Shown one piece after another: positions 29,476 to 44,602 of a DNA stretch of 64,000 nt. The DNA lies in assembly GCA_964016885.1 (NCBI GenBank), contig OZ024759.1, positions 30,938,001 to 31,002,000 of the forward strand. The letters run 5' to 3'. This stretch comes from Eledone cirrhosa (lineage: Eukaryota). Under the pieces are notes generated by a model. It was not told the origin of the DNA, did not search any database, and saw only the letters and a program-made list of their open reading frames with translations. Position numbers and translations under genes: made by a program. The stretch's first letter is position 1, and each line of letters starts with the position of its first letter.

Positions 29476-30717
29476 TTGTCATGGATTGGTCATCAAATCT
29501 GGCATTCAGCAGTTAGTAACTTCCATGCTGAGTGTCTTCTGCTACATCAACTATCTGGAGGTCACCACAAGAGACATGCGTGTCTTCTGCTACATCAACT
29601 ACCAGGAGGTCACCACAAGAGACATGAGTGTGTTCTGCTACATCAACTACCAGGAGGTCACTACAAGAGACATGGGTGTCTTCTGCTACATCAACTACCA
29701 GGAGGTCACCACAAGAGACATGGGTGTCTTCTGCTACATCAACTACCAGGAGGTCACCACAAGAGACATGAGTGTGTTCTGCTACATCAACTACCAGGAG
29801 GTCACCACAAGAGACATGAGTGTCTTCTGCTACATCAACTACCAGGAGGTCACCACAAGAGACATGAGTGTCTTCTGCTACATCAACTACCAGGAGGTCA
29901 CCACAAGAGACATGATTGTGTTCTGCTACATCAACTACCAGGAGGTCACCACAAGAGACATGAGTGTCTTCTGCTACATCAACTACCAGGAGGTCACCAC
30001 AAGAGACATGAGTATCTTCTGCTACATCAACTACCAGGAGGTCACCACAAGAGACATGAGTGTCTTCTGCTACATCAACTACCAGGAGGTCACCACAAGA
30101 GACATGAGTGTCTTCTGCTACATCAACTACCAGGAGGTCACCACAAGAGACATGGGTGTCTTCTGCTACATCAACTACCAGGAGGTCACCACAAGAGACA
30201 TGAGTGTCTTCTGCTACATCAACTACCAGGAGGTCACCACAAGAGACATGAGTGTCTTCTGCTACATCAACTACCAGGAGGTCACCACAAGAGACATGAG
30301 TGTCTTCTGCTACATCAACTACCAGGAGGTCACCACAAGAGACATGAGTGTCTTCTGCTACATCAACTACCAGGAGGTCACCACAAGAGACATGAGTGTC
30401 TTCTGCTATATCAACTACCAGGAGGTCACCACAAGAGACATACGTGTCTTCTGCTACATCAACTACCAGGAGGTCACCACAAGAGACATACGTGTCTTCT
30501 GCTACATCAACTACCAGGAGGTCACCACAAGAGACATGAGTGTGTTCTGCTATATCAACTATCAGGAGGTCGTCTTAAGAGACAAAGACCGAATACCACA
30601 TTCCAAAGACTGATCACAAAAGAACTCACCGCAATTCAGCAAAATTCCAATGATAGAAACGTTTGGGCAGCTTTTATAAAATACGGCAACTGTCTTTCAG
30701 TGACGGATAGTAAGTGA
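29476..30717 (+). mobile_element. RTE-like LINE C-terminal relic with an internal 48-bp segment amplified 22 times
   Basis: Flanks read LSWIGHQ... and LLYQLSGGRLKRQRPNTTFQRLITKEL...NDRNVW, matching the W.GH..R / LL....G.R.RGRP / DR..W pattern of RTE ORF2 ends. Confidence 0.6.
29527..30582. repeat. 48-bp minisatellite, 22 copies
   Basis: Unit catgagtgtcttctgctacatcaactaccaggaggtcaccacaagaga; 22 x 16 aa within the 413-aa ORF. Confidence 0.97.
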
Positions 30718-31802
30718 GAGAGAAATATAGAAGAAGAATCAAGCCAAGTACTCGACTGGTACTGTTTATCAACCTCGAATGGAAGAAAGACAAAATTGCC
30801 CTCGGTGGGATTTGAACTTGGAGACCAGAGAGCCGAGGTGAATAACACAAAAGATTTTATCCGCTGTTCTAACAACTCTCTCAATTCGGCGCATAATATA
30901 CTACACAGTCAAATCTGGATCCTCATGGTTGTGAAGCGACATTTTGTAACGTCCGTTCAGGAAAAGTCCAACCAATTAAGAATAATAGACTTAATTATAA
31001 GAAATGAACGACAGTAAATAAAACTCTATTGGTTACATTAGCAAACTAATAAATAAACCATACAATTTAATTATTTCAACAAATGTTTCTAGTTGTTGAA
31101 TTCTCTAAGGAGGTGTAAGATTTTCACATTCAAGAGGGAAACGCAATATAAAAGCCTGTAATAAATCAATCACATGATATATTTGGTGAATAAACATGTG
31201 AATATATTCCAAGTGGAAAATGTTACTAGATTTGTGGATTTCATAGCAAATATTTATTCAAAGTTTCAAGTAGCAGTAAGACAGCAAAACAAAACACACA
31301 AAAATATACCAAATTGCAGCCATTTATATTTTAAGAAAAAATGAAAAAATATAACATAGTAAAATATGAATTAAAATACAAAAAAAAAATAATAATAATA
31401 GTAATAATAGAAAATAGAGCCAGGGTAAATTAACCATGTAAAAGAAACTTGCTTGGAAATCTAGCAAACGGAATTTGCTGATTAGATTAATGACTACAAA
31501 ACAGCTGCCTCTCTGCAATAACATGTTTATTTTGACCTGTTAATATTTATAACACGATGTATCTTATTCATTGTCGAAGGAATAACATGTATGTGGCATC
31601 TGCTTTCTTTATTTCTATAGAAGAAAAAAGAAAAACAATATTTTCAGAAAATCCACTAACGTGATTTCTTTTTGACTTGCAAATGGTGATGCATTTAGTG
31701 AGAGATTGTATGTCCAGTTCTTTTGGGAACACCAACAGAGGTCACTCCAAGCAAATTAAATAATTTCATTCAAACTTATTTTTAGTGTTAGTAGCAAGCA
31801 AT

Positions 31803-32015
31803 GGTGGATTGGCACTATCGTTAGAGGGTCGGACGCCATGGTTTGCAGCATAGAGTTACGATCCTTTATGATCTTAGTTCAAATCCCGCCGAGGTTAACT
31901 TTGTCTTTCATCCTTACGGGGTCGATAAAATAAAGTACCAGTAATGCACTGGGGTCGACGTAAATTGACTTACCCCTCGCCTAAATTGCTGTCCTTGTGC
32001 CTATAGTAGAAATCA
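31803..32015 (+). mobile_element. SINE family 1 with TSD
   Basis: Head, B-box and body present; flanked by direct repeat ttagtagcaagcaatg. Confidence 0.85.
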
Positions 32016-32819
32016 GTATTAGTAGCAAGCAATGATTCTCCATGGCCATGAATTGCTTTATATAAGCGGTGAACTATTAGAATGTACTACTTTGCGGTAT
32101 TCGTTTCGGTTCTCAGCTCGCTAAGTTCAAATCCCAATGAGGTCACTTTTGCATTTCATTATTCGAAATCGATAAGAAAAAAAGTACCAGTCATCTACTG
32201 GGTTCAATTCCACCTTTATATTTCTTTCTCACTCCCATTCTCCCACTCTCTAGCCTCCTCTAGAAGAAATCTGTTCAAATTCCACCGAGGTCACCTTTGC
32301 ACTTTATCTCTTCGAAATCGATGAAAGAAAATGTACCAGTCATGTACTGGAGTCGTTTCTTTCACTCTCTAGCCTTCTCTAGAAGAAATCTGCCCTATTA
32401 GGTTAAAAGCAATGCCCTAGAAAGACCGTATATCAATACGGCGCATCTACGACTCTCAGGAGTTAAAGGACCAAGCATGGATTGAGAGTTAAAATGGAAA
32501 ATAAAAGAAACAATAGAAAGATAAAAGGTGACAAGAGAAAGGAACGGAAAAATCACATTTTTGAGAAAAAACACGTCTCATATTTTTATGTTCTTGCTGC
32601 TATATATAATTGTAATGGCGCCTATGTACATGCTTAATTTCTTTCAAATATGTATCTAATGTCCCTAATATATATTTAATGAGAGCGAAGGATAGAAATA
32701 ATTGTTTCTACTTTAGGCACAAGGCCAGCAATTACCCAGTGCATTTCTGGTACTTTATTTTATCGACCCCGTAAGGATGAAAGGCAAAGTTAACCTTGGC
32801 AAACATACATAATGCACTT

Positions 32820-32911
<92 letters not shown>

Positions 32912-33333
32912 GAGAGCAATAGATAGATAGATAGATAGATAGATAGTTATACATATATATACACACATGTATATATAAATACACAGACACACAGACAGAG
33001 GCAGGGACAGAGAGAGAAGAGAGAGAGAAAATGTGTGTGTATGTAGCCATATTCGTAGATGTGAGAAGAAACATTGTGTTGGCACACGACAAAAGGTCAG
33101 TATTTCGATGCCTGTTGTTTTACAGGAGCTATGGTCAGATCTGGGCCTTGAAGCCTTGTATAGCCCCTTTCTAGGCACGATTACCCTGTTCATTCGTGAT
33201 TGCAGGGGCTCTTTACTTTGTACTTGTACACGTATGTATATGTATATGTGTATACACTCATGTATATATCGCACCAATACTAATATATATATATATATGT
33301 GCGTGTGTGTGTATGTGTGTATACATATATGTG

Positions 33334-33397
<64 letters not shown>

Positions 33398-33421
33398 AAT
33401 GTATATATGTATATATATATT

Positions 33422-33513
<92 letters not shown>

Positions 33514-33519
33514 AATGTA

Positions 33520-33598
<79 letters not shown>

Positions 33599-34006
33599 GA
33601 GTGGTGTCTACCACCGAACATTTATGTGTTGACAAGATACACTTTAGTTGACAATTCAAAAATTCGGACAGAGTTGTTGGCAGTTTAATTCTACACTGCC
33701 TCTGAAACTTATAACTAACTCCAAAGTCGATAAATCGATAATTCTCGTGGAACAATTCTATGACATATAACGAAGCTATCATTAAATTCAGAATAATTTA
33801 GCTTGCTGCTAGTAGTATCGTGAAGTATCATAGCATCTTAGAAGCTACACAATTGAACTAGATCGTGTTTATTCCGTAAAGAAACTAGTGTTACAGTAGA
33901 GCCAGTTCTGTTTTTGTATTTATATGAAATTAGAAAACGGAAACCCCTAATCCAAAGCAGAAAACACATACACACACACACGTATGTACATAATACACAC
34001 GCACAC

Positions 34007-34038
<32 letters not shown>

Positions 34039-34069
34039 ATGTATGTGTCTGTGTGTATGTATATATATA

Positions 34070-34126
34070 CATATTTAAATACACGAATATTTAGACATAC
34101 GTATTTATTCTCACATACATAAACTC

Positions 34127-34187
<61 letters not shown>

Positions 34188-34247
34188 TATACATATTTAA
34201 ATACACGAATATTTAGACATACGTATATATTCGCACATACATAAACT

Positions 34248-34321
<74 letters not shown>

Positions 34322-34374
34322 TTAAATACATGAATATTTAGACATACGTATATATTCTCACATACATAAACTCA

Positions 34375-34411
<37 letters not shown>

Positions 34412-34464
34412 TTAAATACACGAATATTTAGACATACGTATATATTCTCACATACATAAACTCA

Positions 34465-34501
<37 letters not shown>

Positions 34502-34556
34502 TTAAATACACGAATATTTAGACATACGTATATATTCTCACATACATAAACTCATG
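34070..34556. repeat. Five copies of an approximately 60-bp core separated by variable (TA)n
   Basis: catatttaaataca(c/t)gaatatttagacatacgta...cataaactcat starts at 34070, 34192, 34317, 34407 and 34497. Confidence 0.92.
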
Positions 34557-34637
34557 CATATATATATATATATATATATATTTTTAATATATTTAGAAAC
34601 ACACAGATACATGCGGACACACATATATATATACACC

Positions 34638-34686
<49 letters not shown>

Positions 34687-34709
34687 CCACATATATATAT
34701 ATATATATA

Positions 34710-34775
<66 letters not shown>

Positions 34776-35179
34776 CATAAAGAAGTAGATATTAAGTTAA
34801 TTACACGCTATCGTAGCCCTAGAAAATCAAATAGTCGAGGTAAGATTGTTTCATAAGACGACAAACACTTCAGTCATTATCAGATATCGGAGTTTCTTTA
34901 ATCTTTTCCTCCTTATTTATCACTTTTCTTTCTTTCTTCTGATTTATGATTTTTTTTTGCTTTGCAATATTTCCCCAGGAATAGACAGCAAGCTGAATTT
35001 TTGATAAATTTCAGATATTACATACATGTTACATATATATTTCATATATATTTCATAAATCGTATGGTGGTGTATACCTAGTCTGAACAATGTATATATA
35101 TATATATTCAGCTCTTGATATCGATATCTATGTATGTATATATATATATATACATTTATATATATATATTTATATATAT

Positions 35180-35256
<77 letters not shown>

Positions 35257-35352
35257 TAGATAGATAAATATATAGTTTTGTGTATATATGTGTGTGTGTA
35301 TTTATATATAGATTGATTTTTGCATATATGTATATGTACGCATGTACATGTC

Positions 35353-35429
<77 letters not shown>

Positions 35430-35819
35430 TTATTTTTCATATATAGACACATTCGTGTATATTCGTGTATATATGTGCAACTATATATGCTTATGTTGTG
35501 TATATACTTCACAACACATACGCCCACACAGCAATCATATAAACACATAAGCCTGCATGTTGATAGTAATTGATATTAGATTCTTGATTCCTTTCTGATT
35601 ATAACTTCCAGAAAAATTAGATCAATCAATTGCTTGAGTGTGGGGCTGGGTAGTTGATTGATTATAGAAATAATAAACTTTCTTTTCGATAATCGATACC
35701 ATATGCTTCTAACGTTACATCGTAAATTATGATATGCTATACAAACTTCGTAATCTGAATATATGGATATTCTTATCAATTTAAGACTTTACTTTCGAAC
35801 CTTTTTCTCTAATCTACTT

Positions 35820-36001
<182 letters not shown>

Positions 36002-36123
36002 ATTTGAAATACTAATTTCATTTAAGTAGAATCTGAACTCAGAACGTTAGAAATAGTATCACACATAGGTTATATAATATATGTGAAATATATATATATA
36101 TATAAATTATTTCACCATATATA

Positions 36124-36168
<45 letters not shown>

Positions 36169-37216
36169 TATATATAGATATATATATACATATACATATA
36201 TAATTTCACCATGCTATATATATATATATGTATATTATTTCACCATATATTAAATAAACTGATGTATGATACTATTTCTAACGTTCTGAGTTTACATTCT
36301 ACTTAAATGAAATTCGTATTTCAAATTCTAAATGCCTTACGTCTGTCTCGAGACCGGGGGAGGCTCAATATGCCACTGCTTTTGCTTTTCCTAGTTTCTC
36401 TGGACTCAGGACTCCAGTTCATCACAGTTTTACGTCACCATCCCGTATATATATATATTTCTCACTTACCGTTCTCTCTATCCTTCTGTGGAAGAAATTT
36501 GCTGTAATTCAAACTTGGAGAGAAGATGGACTACACCAAGCTTTCAAAATGCCCTAGAAAATACCTATGTGAATATGTCGCCTTTCAGATTTTCCGAAGA
36601 GTCTCGGGACCATGTATATATATAGGATACGTATAGTTATAGAATATAAAATATTCTGAGATCGGTGAGAATGGGATAGAAAGAGAAGTTTTGGTGATCA
36701 TTCTCTTTCCTGTCGCTCTGCTGTGGTAAACAAAGCAAAGCAAACTGGTTTCAGTCCAATCTTTAACGCAATAGCGTCACAACCAAGTTTGAATTCCTAA
36801 CAAAGCAACAGTTAAAAATAGCATAAACCAGCGAGAGACACATATATGTGATTTTGAAAGATAATAAATATATATTTGAAGTACATCATATATATTTGAC
36901 GGATCATAAAATATATAATTAAACTGGAGTACATACATTATATGTATATATATTTATTTATATAATATAGAAAATATTTATTTATATATTTTTTTTAAGG
37001 ATATTGCGCATATATTTGTAGACTATTAATTCTATCGTCGTGCACCATTAAATATATATCAAAGCCATTAAATATATATTTGAAAGTCATTAAACATATA
37101 TATATACGTGTGTGTGTGGGGGGGGGGTGTGTGTTTGTGATCCATTATAATATACCGTGTATATATATATATATATATATATATCATATATATATATATG
37201 TGTGTATATATATGTA

Positions 37217-37257
<41 letters not shown>

Positions 37258-37341
37258 AGAGCGAGAGAAGGGGAGTGAGATATAATGTGCTCCATTTTAT
37301 AAATATATATATATATATATATGGACATATACATATATATG

Positions 37342-37372
<31 letters not shown>

Positions 37373-37428
37373 ATATAAATATATGGACATATATATATAT
37401 ATATAAATATGTATATATATATATGCAT

Positions 37429-37598
<170 letters not shown>

Positions 37599-37651
37599 AT
37601 ATATTTATATATACGTATATATGTGTGTGTGTATATATATGTATATATATT

Positions 37652-37694
<43 letters not shown>

Positions 37695-38324
37695 AATCAG
37701 CAAGATAGCAAGTTAAGAACATACATTTTATGAAAGAAAATCGATAGAAAAAAATGTAAGGTAAAACGAGGATTGCCTAATGGAGAGAAAACTACCTTTT
37801 CAACTATGTTCTGAAATATATACTGCTTGTACATTCTGTTATATCACAAAGGATTATCGAAACACTAGATTTGATTTTCTATTAATAAAAACTACATGTT
37901 TCACATAACATGCCAACTGGCTGGTTATTGCAGTTTGTTTATTAAACAACCTCACTTGGAACAATTGGAAATTGGCAACTGTTTGGGAATTAACTATCCC
38001 ACCAATAATTTAGTATTCTTCTTCTTGTTCGCCCACTTCTTCTCCTTCTTCTTCTTCTTCGCCCACTACCTCTTCATCACCTTCTTCTCCTCCTCCTCCT
38101 TCTTCTTCTTCTTCTTCTTCTTCTTCTTCTTCTTCTTCTTCTCCGCTTACTTCTTCTTCTTCTTTCTCTTCTCTTTCCTAAATTATTATTGTTGTTTTTG
38201 TTCTTCTTCTCCTTTCTTTTCTTCTTTTTCATTTTTTTTTCTTTTTTCTTCTTCTTTATCTTCTTTTTTTCTTTTTTCTTTTTCTTCTTCTTTGCCCACT
38301 TGTTTTTCTTCTTCGACACCCACA

Positions 38325-38552
38325 TATTTCTACGAGACACAGTCCTCAAGCAGGCCTTCAAGAGGTTTTTGTTTCCTGTCTGGAGTCTCGGCATAGGTAA
38401 CCTCTTTCTTTCCATCCTACATTTCCAAAGATAGCTCGTAAGCCCTTTGTCAGTTTTTGTAGCGTTGAATGGAGACTGTAATATATATTTATAGAACGGG
38501 CCCTGCCTCTATACCTAAGGCCGGAACGTGTCCCTTGCTATTCCACACGAAG
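38325..38552 (-). pseudogene. Decayed Penelope-type GIY-YIG endonuclease C-terminal half
   Basis: Frameshifted minus-strand peptides FVGIARDTF.LRYRG..., KGLTSYLWKC and *GLCLVE follow the PLE motif order YIG.T...FK.RY..H / T.LS.YIW / C.LC..EK. Confidence 0.45.
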
Positions 38553-38902
38553 GAATGTGCATATTAATAACCTGAGTCATTCTTAATGAATATATAATTT
38601 TCTTTATATTATATTAGCAATTCTCATAACAGGTCATATGACTAGGTTTTTAACAAGAATTTAAAAACAATGCCATTGGAAATTTTTCGAATGGTGTGGA
38701 AATTTTCTGCCTCAGTAATTTAGTAAAACATTTTAAAAGCTAGTTATTTGAATTTTTGTTTTATTTCTCTTTTTTACATTAGTTGGTGTTTTTGCTATTT
38801 ATATTTCTAAATTTACTGCTTCAGTAAAGTTTTGAGAAAGATGTGTCTGTGTAAATGGCTGGCGTTTACATTCCATGGCAAGCTCCAGCTAAATAGATAT
38901 TG

Positions 38903-39900
38903 GTTTCTTATATAGGTACAAGGCCAGTGATTATGGGGGAGGGGAAAGTCGATTAAATCGACTCCAGTGAGTAACTGGTACTTTATTTTATCGACCCCGT
39001 GAGGATGAAGGCAAAGTTAACCTCGGCGGGATTTGAACTCAGATCATAAAGGGCCGTAACTCTTTGGTGTTTTTCCTATTTATATTTTTACTATTTATGT
39101 TTTTCCTATTTATGTTTTTCCTATTTATACTTCTAAATTTACTGCTTCAGTAAAGTTTTGAGAAAGATGTGTCTGTGTAAATGACTGGCGTTCCATTCCA
39201 TGGCAAGCTACAGCTAAATAGATATTGTTGTTTGTACATATAGACCAAGAAAGCGAATTGGTAGAGACGTCAGAACGTCTGATAGAATGTGTTATGGTAT
39301 TTGTTCCGGCTCTCTGCTCTTTGAGTTCAAATCTTGCCGAAGTCATCTTTACCTTTCATCCTGTCGAGGTCGATAAAAAAAAGGTACCAGTCTAGTACTG
39401 GGGTCGATTCTTCCTTTAAACCTCTTTCTCCCCCCCCCCCCTCTCTCTCTCTCATTTTCTATCATTCTCTGAAAGAAATCTGCTGTACTCAGACCTGGAG
39501 AAGGATGGGGTTCGCCAGGCTTAATATGCCCAAGAAATGCCGTAGTCAATGCGACCCTTTGCGTTCTGAGATCAAATTCCGACGAGGTTAGCTTCAACTT
39601 TCATCCTTACGGGGTCGATAAATGAAGTACCAGTCACGTACTGTGGTTGATTTAATCGACTTTCTCCTCCCACAAAAATCTGCTGGTCTTGAACCTAAAT
39701 CAGAAACCATTATTATTCTTATTGTTACCATTATAGAGTTACGGCCTTTTACGTTCTGAGTTCAAATCTCACCGAGGTTATCTTTGCCTTTCATCCTTAC
39801 GAGATCGATAAAATGAAGTACCAGTAATGCACTGGGTTCTATTTACTCGACTTTCCCCTTCTTCAAATTGCTGGCCTTGTGCCTAAAGTGGAGACAATTA
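38903..39900. mobile_element. Cluster of four SINE family 1 copies (38903-39063 minus; 39250-39560, 39560-39712 and 39734-39900 plus)
   Basis: Repeated B-box, body and tail motifs. Confidence 0.85.
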
Positions 39901-40255
39901 TTATTGTTGTTATTACCATTATTTCTAATATTGGCACACGTCCATCAATTTCGGCTAGTGATACTGAATATCTTAGAAGATTTTATTTCAGAATATACGA
40001 ATATAGTAAAATATAATCCGATCAATTCACTTAGAAATTCGAACGACACATTCTTTTTATGTATATTCCTAACCTATATTCGTCACTGTTTAAATTGAAC
40101 AACGCTAAGTAAAGTGTGTACTACATAAAATTCACATTAATAGCGATAATAAGGTTCAACATTTTCACACGATATCTATTGGTTTCTATGGCCGAGAAAT
40201 TATTTAATTTAAAATAATTTTTGGCTAGACACCAAAGTCTATATATATATATATA

Positions 40256-40462
40256 TAGGAACGAGTAGAACCCCGACGGCTGAGCTCAAGCCGTTTGGAC
40301 GGCTAATTCTGGACTAAATGCATTTAGTTCAGAATTAGCCGTCGAAACGGCTTGAGCTCAGCCGTCGGGGTCCTACTCGTTCCTATTACCCACTCTACTG
40401 CCCTAAGTATTGAGTACTTTGGTGCGTTATGGTCCACTTGGTTCCTTGCCACATTTCCTTCG

Positions 40463-40464
<2 letters not shown>
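40256..40464 (+). mobile_element. Family P3 fold-back element in (TA)n
   Basis: Same architecture as 5451-5658; the arms meet at ctaaatgcatttag. Confidence 0.8.
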
Positions 40465-40512
<48 letters not shown>

Positions 40513-40667
40513 CCAGTAGATGTTCAGATAAATTATTTGCAGCATCATTCAATAGACCGTGTATTCCAAACAGCTTTGATACTTATTATATTGTTTTTAG
40601 TTTTGAAGAGAGAGAATATGTATTATTACGATGAATGTTAAAACCTGTAGCAGGACATATATAATAT

Positions 40668-40982
40668 ACGAGATTTGGCTTAAAGGTTTATAGACTGAGA
40701 TAGATACTCTCATGGAATGACCAAATGTTGTTTACTTTTCAACATAGTCCCTGGAAAGTAACAATTCAATTATTAATAAGAAAAGTTGAAATAGGCTAAA
40801 CAGTTCATAAGATGACCAAGATACTCTCAGGGAATTACTAAATGTGGTTTATTTTTCAACATATTCCTGGAAGGACAGGACAGTTATTAATAAAAAGAGG
40901 TGAAATTAATGCTTGAAAGATTTTACAGCCCTAGCATCAATCATTCATAGTCACCCTCTGTATGTTTCTGCTGACCCTCGTA
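40668..40982 (+). mobile_element. Mariner-derived MITE, family G, with internal duplication
   Basis: Ends tacgagatttggctt... and ...tgaccctcgta resemble mariner TACGAGGG TIRs. The internal ttttcaacata(g/t)tcc block is duplicated. Confidence 0.65.
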
Positions 40983-41379
40983 AATAATTGTTTCTACTTT
41001 TGGCACAAGGCCAGCAATTATCCCAGTGCATTACTGGTACTTTATTTTATCGACCCCGTAAGAATGAAAGGCAAAGTTAACCTCGGCGGGATTTGAACCA
41101 TAAAGGGGCGCAACTCCATGCTTTAAAGCGTGGCGTCTCCGACCTTCTACCGATACTGCCAATCCCAATGTATGACAGAACTGGTGTTCGTCAACATGGT
41201 GGTGTATATGAGTACAACCAATTCTTGTTCATATATATATATATGTATATATTATATATATATATATACGCATACATACATGTAACTCTCTGTACATACT
41301 TATACATATATATTATATATATATATTATACATATACGCATACATACATGTAACTCTCTGTACATGCCTATACATGTTT

Positions 41380-41433
<54 letters not shown>

Positions 41434-42320
41434 ATATATATGCATATTTGTCGGCGCCATGATGATGCGAATAATGGTGAATACTTTCTTAAGAATAATC
41501 TCCACAGCTTGTAACACAGTTATTTCTTAACGTTCACGAAAGCATTCAATACTATTATTTGCCATGTAAATTGATTTAAAGACGTGAGTATATATATACA
41601 ATAGAAACGAAATCTTACATGGTATGTATGACATCTAATCATACATAATGTGCAATATGCCATAGATGAAAAACCTCGTTGATTTTCTACAAGATATTAA
41701 TTCAAAAGATACGAATTACGTTTGCTTTTCATTAATTTTCATTTATTTTCAAAAGATATGTAGATAGATGAGAGTGTGTATTTAATATAAACCGTGTATT
41801 TGTTTTAATTAAATACTTATTGAATAGTAGCAGAGATACCCGGTGTTGCCATGGCAAGTTATCGATGTAAAATATGGTAGGAGATTTTGAGGGCCATTCT
41901 TTGCTGCAAACCCGTGTCTACATGCGTATATACATGATATTGTTTGCTACTGCTATCAGATTCAGAAAACAGAAATATATACATATGTATAAGTATAATT
42001 ATATATATATATATTTATATATTTGTGTATAGTGGTAGCTATGGTGCTTCCGTAGGCGGTATGCCAATATTAGCACTCGATATTCATCAGAGTAGAGTGT
42101 AGATATTATCAAGAAAACGAAAAATCAGTGATGCATCTGGACTTAGTTTATTTCGTGTTACAAATGTTTCGCCGGCATGTAGCTCGAGTCATGGTCCTTG
42201 TATGGATATATATATATTTATATATATACCATTACAATTATATCTATATATCTATATAACTCGTTATTTCGTCTTTCTCTATATATAAACAGATATGTAT
42301 ATATGTGTTAGTGTGTGTAG

Positions 42321-42367
<47 letters not shown>

Positions 42368-43100
42368 ATACACATACATATGTATATTTACATATATTTA
42401 TATGTGTGTATTTATATATAATAATGCTAATTGTTTCTATTTTTGGCACAAAGCTAGCAATTATCCCAGTGTATTACTGGTAGAATATTTTATTGACCCC
42501 GTAAGGATGAAAGGCAAAGTTAACCTCGGCGGGATTTGAACTCAGATCGTAAAGGGACGTAACACCTGCCAATCTACCGCTCTGATAATGATAGTGATAA
42601 GTAAGTTGGACTTAAGTAACAACTTAGTATCTTGTATGTCTATGTGTGTGTGTATACAGTTATATGTATGGGTATATAAATATAAGCGCGCAAACACAGA
42701 CACACTTACAAAAATACACTCACAGACATACATTCACATAAACACACACATACACATACACACAGCGTAGCATATGGAACGCCAACCGCTGTTTTACTAT
42801 ACCTTTTTTCTTTCACCATTCCCACATCTATGAACCTGCCCTCTGTGGCAATAAATAATTCCAACCTTAACTATCAACGTATCGCTTAAGGTTGTCGCTT
42901 TAAGAGTAACCAGTATAATAAAACCCCTACCACAACATTTTGATTAAGATATCTGTATTCTATAAACTACTCTCTCCCATTTCTCCCTCCCCTGCATATC
43001 TCTCTCTCCCTCTCCCTTTCCCCTTCTTTCTCTCTTCCTTTTCTACTCTATCTTCCCCAATAACCTCACTTAATGGGTATTTACCTTTTACATTTTAACC

Positions 43101-43224
43101 ATTCTGCTCTGAGGATACAGTGGTCACAGCATTTGATAATTGAGTTTTGCAAATAGTTATAAATTTGCACATAGCATAACTAGGCTGTATAACCACCGTG
43201 GAAACATTTGTAAGCACACAGAAT
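43101..43224 (+). ncRNA. Type I hammerhead motif with extended stem II, family P6
   Basis: TGCT/AGCA stem I; CTGAGGA (43109-15); stem II TACAGTGGT..ACAGC / GCTGT..ACCACCGTG enclosing a further hairpin; GAAA (43201-04); ACATTTGT stem III; GUA site; followed by AATAAA and (TA)n. Confidence 0.75.
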
Positions 43225-43263
43225 AAATTACCTTTTTATGATGTCTACCTGTTATTATTCATT

Positions 43264-43337
<74 letters not shown>

Positions 43338-43435
43338 ATATACATGTATATATATGTATGTATATATATATATATATACATGTATATATATATACATATA
43401 TATATATGTATGTATATATATATATACATGTATAA

Positions 43436-43474
<39 letters not shown>

Positions 43475-43478
43475 CATG

Positions 43479-43642
<164 letters not shown>

Positions 43643-43874
43643 TTGTCTTCTATACGCCAACTAAGCGGTGGAGAAAGTGTTAAATTATTTCCACCATAAA
43701 TTCCAGGATATGTTTACCCTACGACAGTCTCCAATCACGGTTTAGTACTGACGTCAGTTAGGAGAGAATATAAGTACGTATTTAGCTATGTTTACGGCCA
43801 TCAGATGTTTCTCGTGATGGTTCATTAAACGAAATACTATTATTATCATTGTTTGTGGTATTTTTATGTCTTTT

Positions 43875-43944
<70 letters not shown>

Positions 43945-44602
43945 CATAATTATAAATTTCAAGCCAATATGTCGTATGACATACGCCTGCATTACATTCG
44001 TTATTTTCGTGTACCGTTTTCTGCTTCGCTTCTATCTGGTTGTAATTCGTGTAATTTTGTAGACCACCTCTCACTAATCACCAGTCCTACTTTCCACTGA
44101 ACATATATATTTATTTTATTTCATTTTATTTTATTTTGTTTATTTTATTCATTTATTTCAAATCTTTTCTGAGGGTTTTTTCTGGGGTTTTTTTGGTTTT
44201 TTTTGTTTTGTTTTTTTGCTGTTTTGTGGTTTCTTTTGTTTTGTTGTGTTTTGTTTTCTTTATGTAATCTTTACTACTTTTATAACTGTTCACATGATTA
44301 TAAATGTGACCAAATCTGGTTTCCTTGTTTGTATTGATTCTGTTATACAGGATTAAAAACATCTACAATATTTTCCAAAATGTTATGTTCGCACCATAGA
44401 GCATAGAAGAGATATTTCTATTGTACAACAGAAGACATACGTTGTTTATATTGTTATATATTGTTATATATGTTATATATGTTACATATGTTATATATAT
44501 TATATGTTATATATGTTATATATGTTATATGTGTTAACATTATTGTTATTTAAATCCTTTACAATGTAAAACCTTTTGGAAAGGAAATTCTAGAGAAATA
44601 AT

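Noticed and set aside
34070-34556. CRISPR-like repeat-spacer layout
   Set aside because: Spacers are only (TA)n of variable length, the context is eukaryotic and there are no cas genes.
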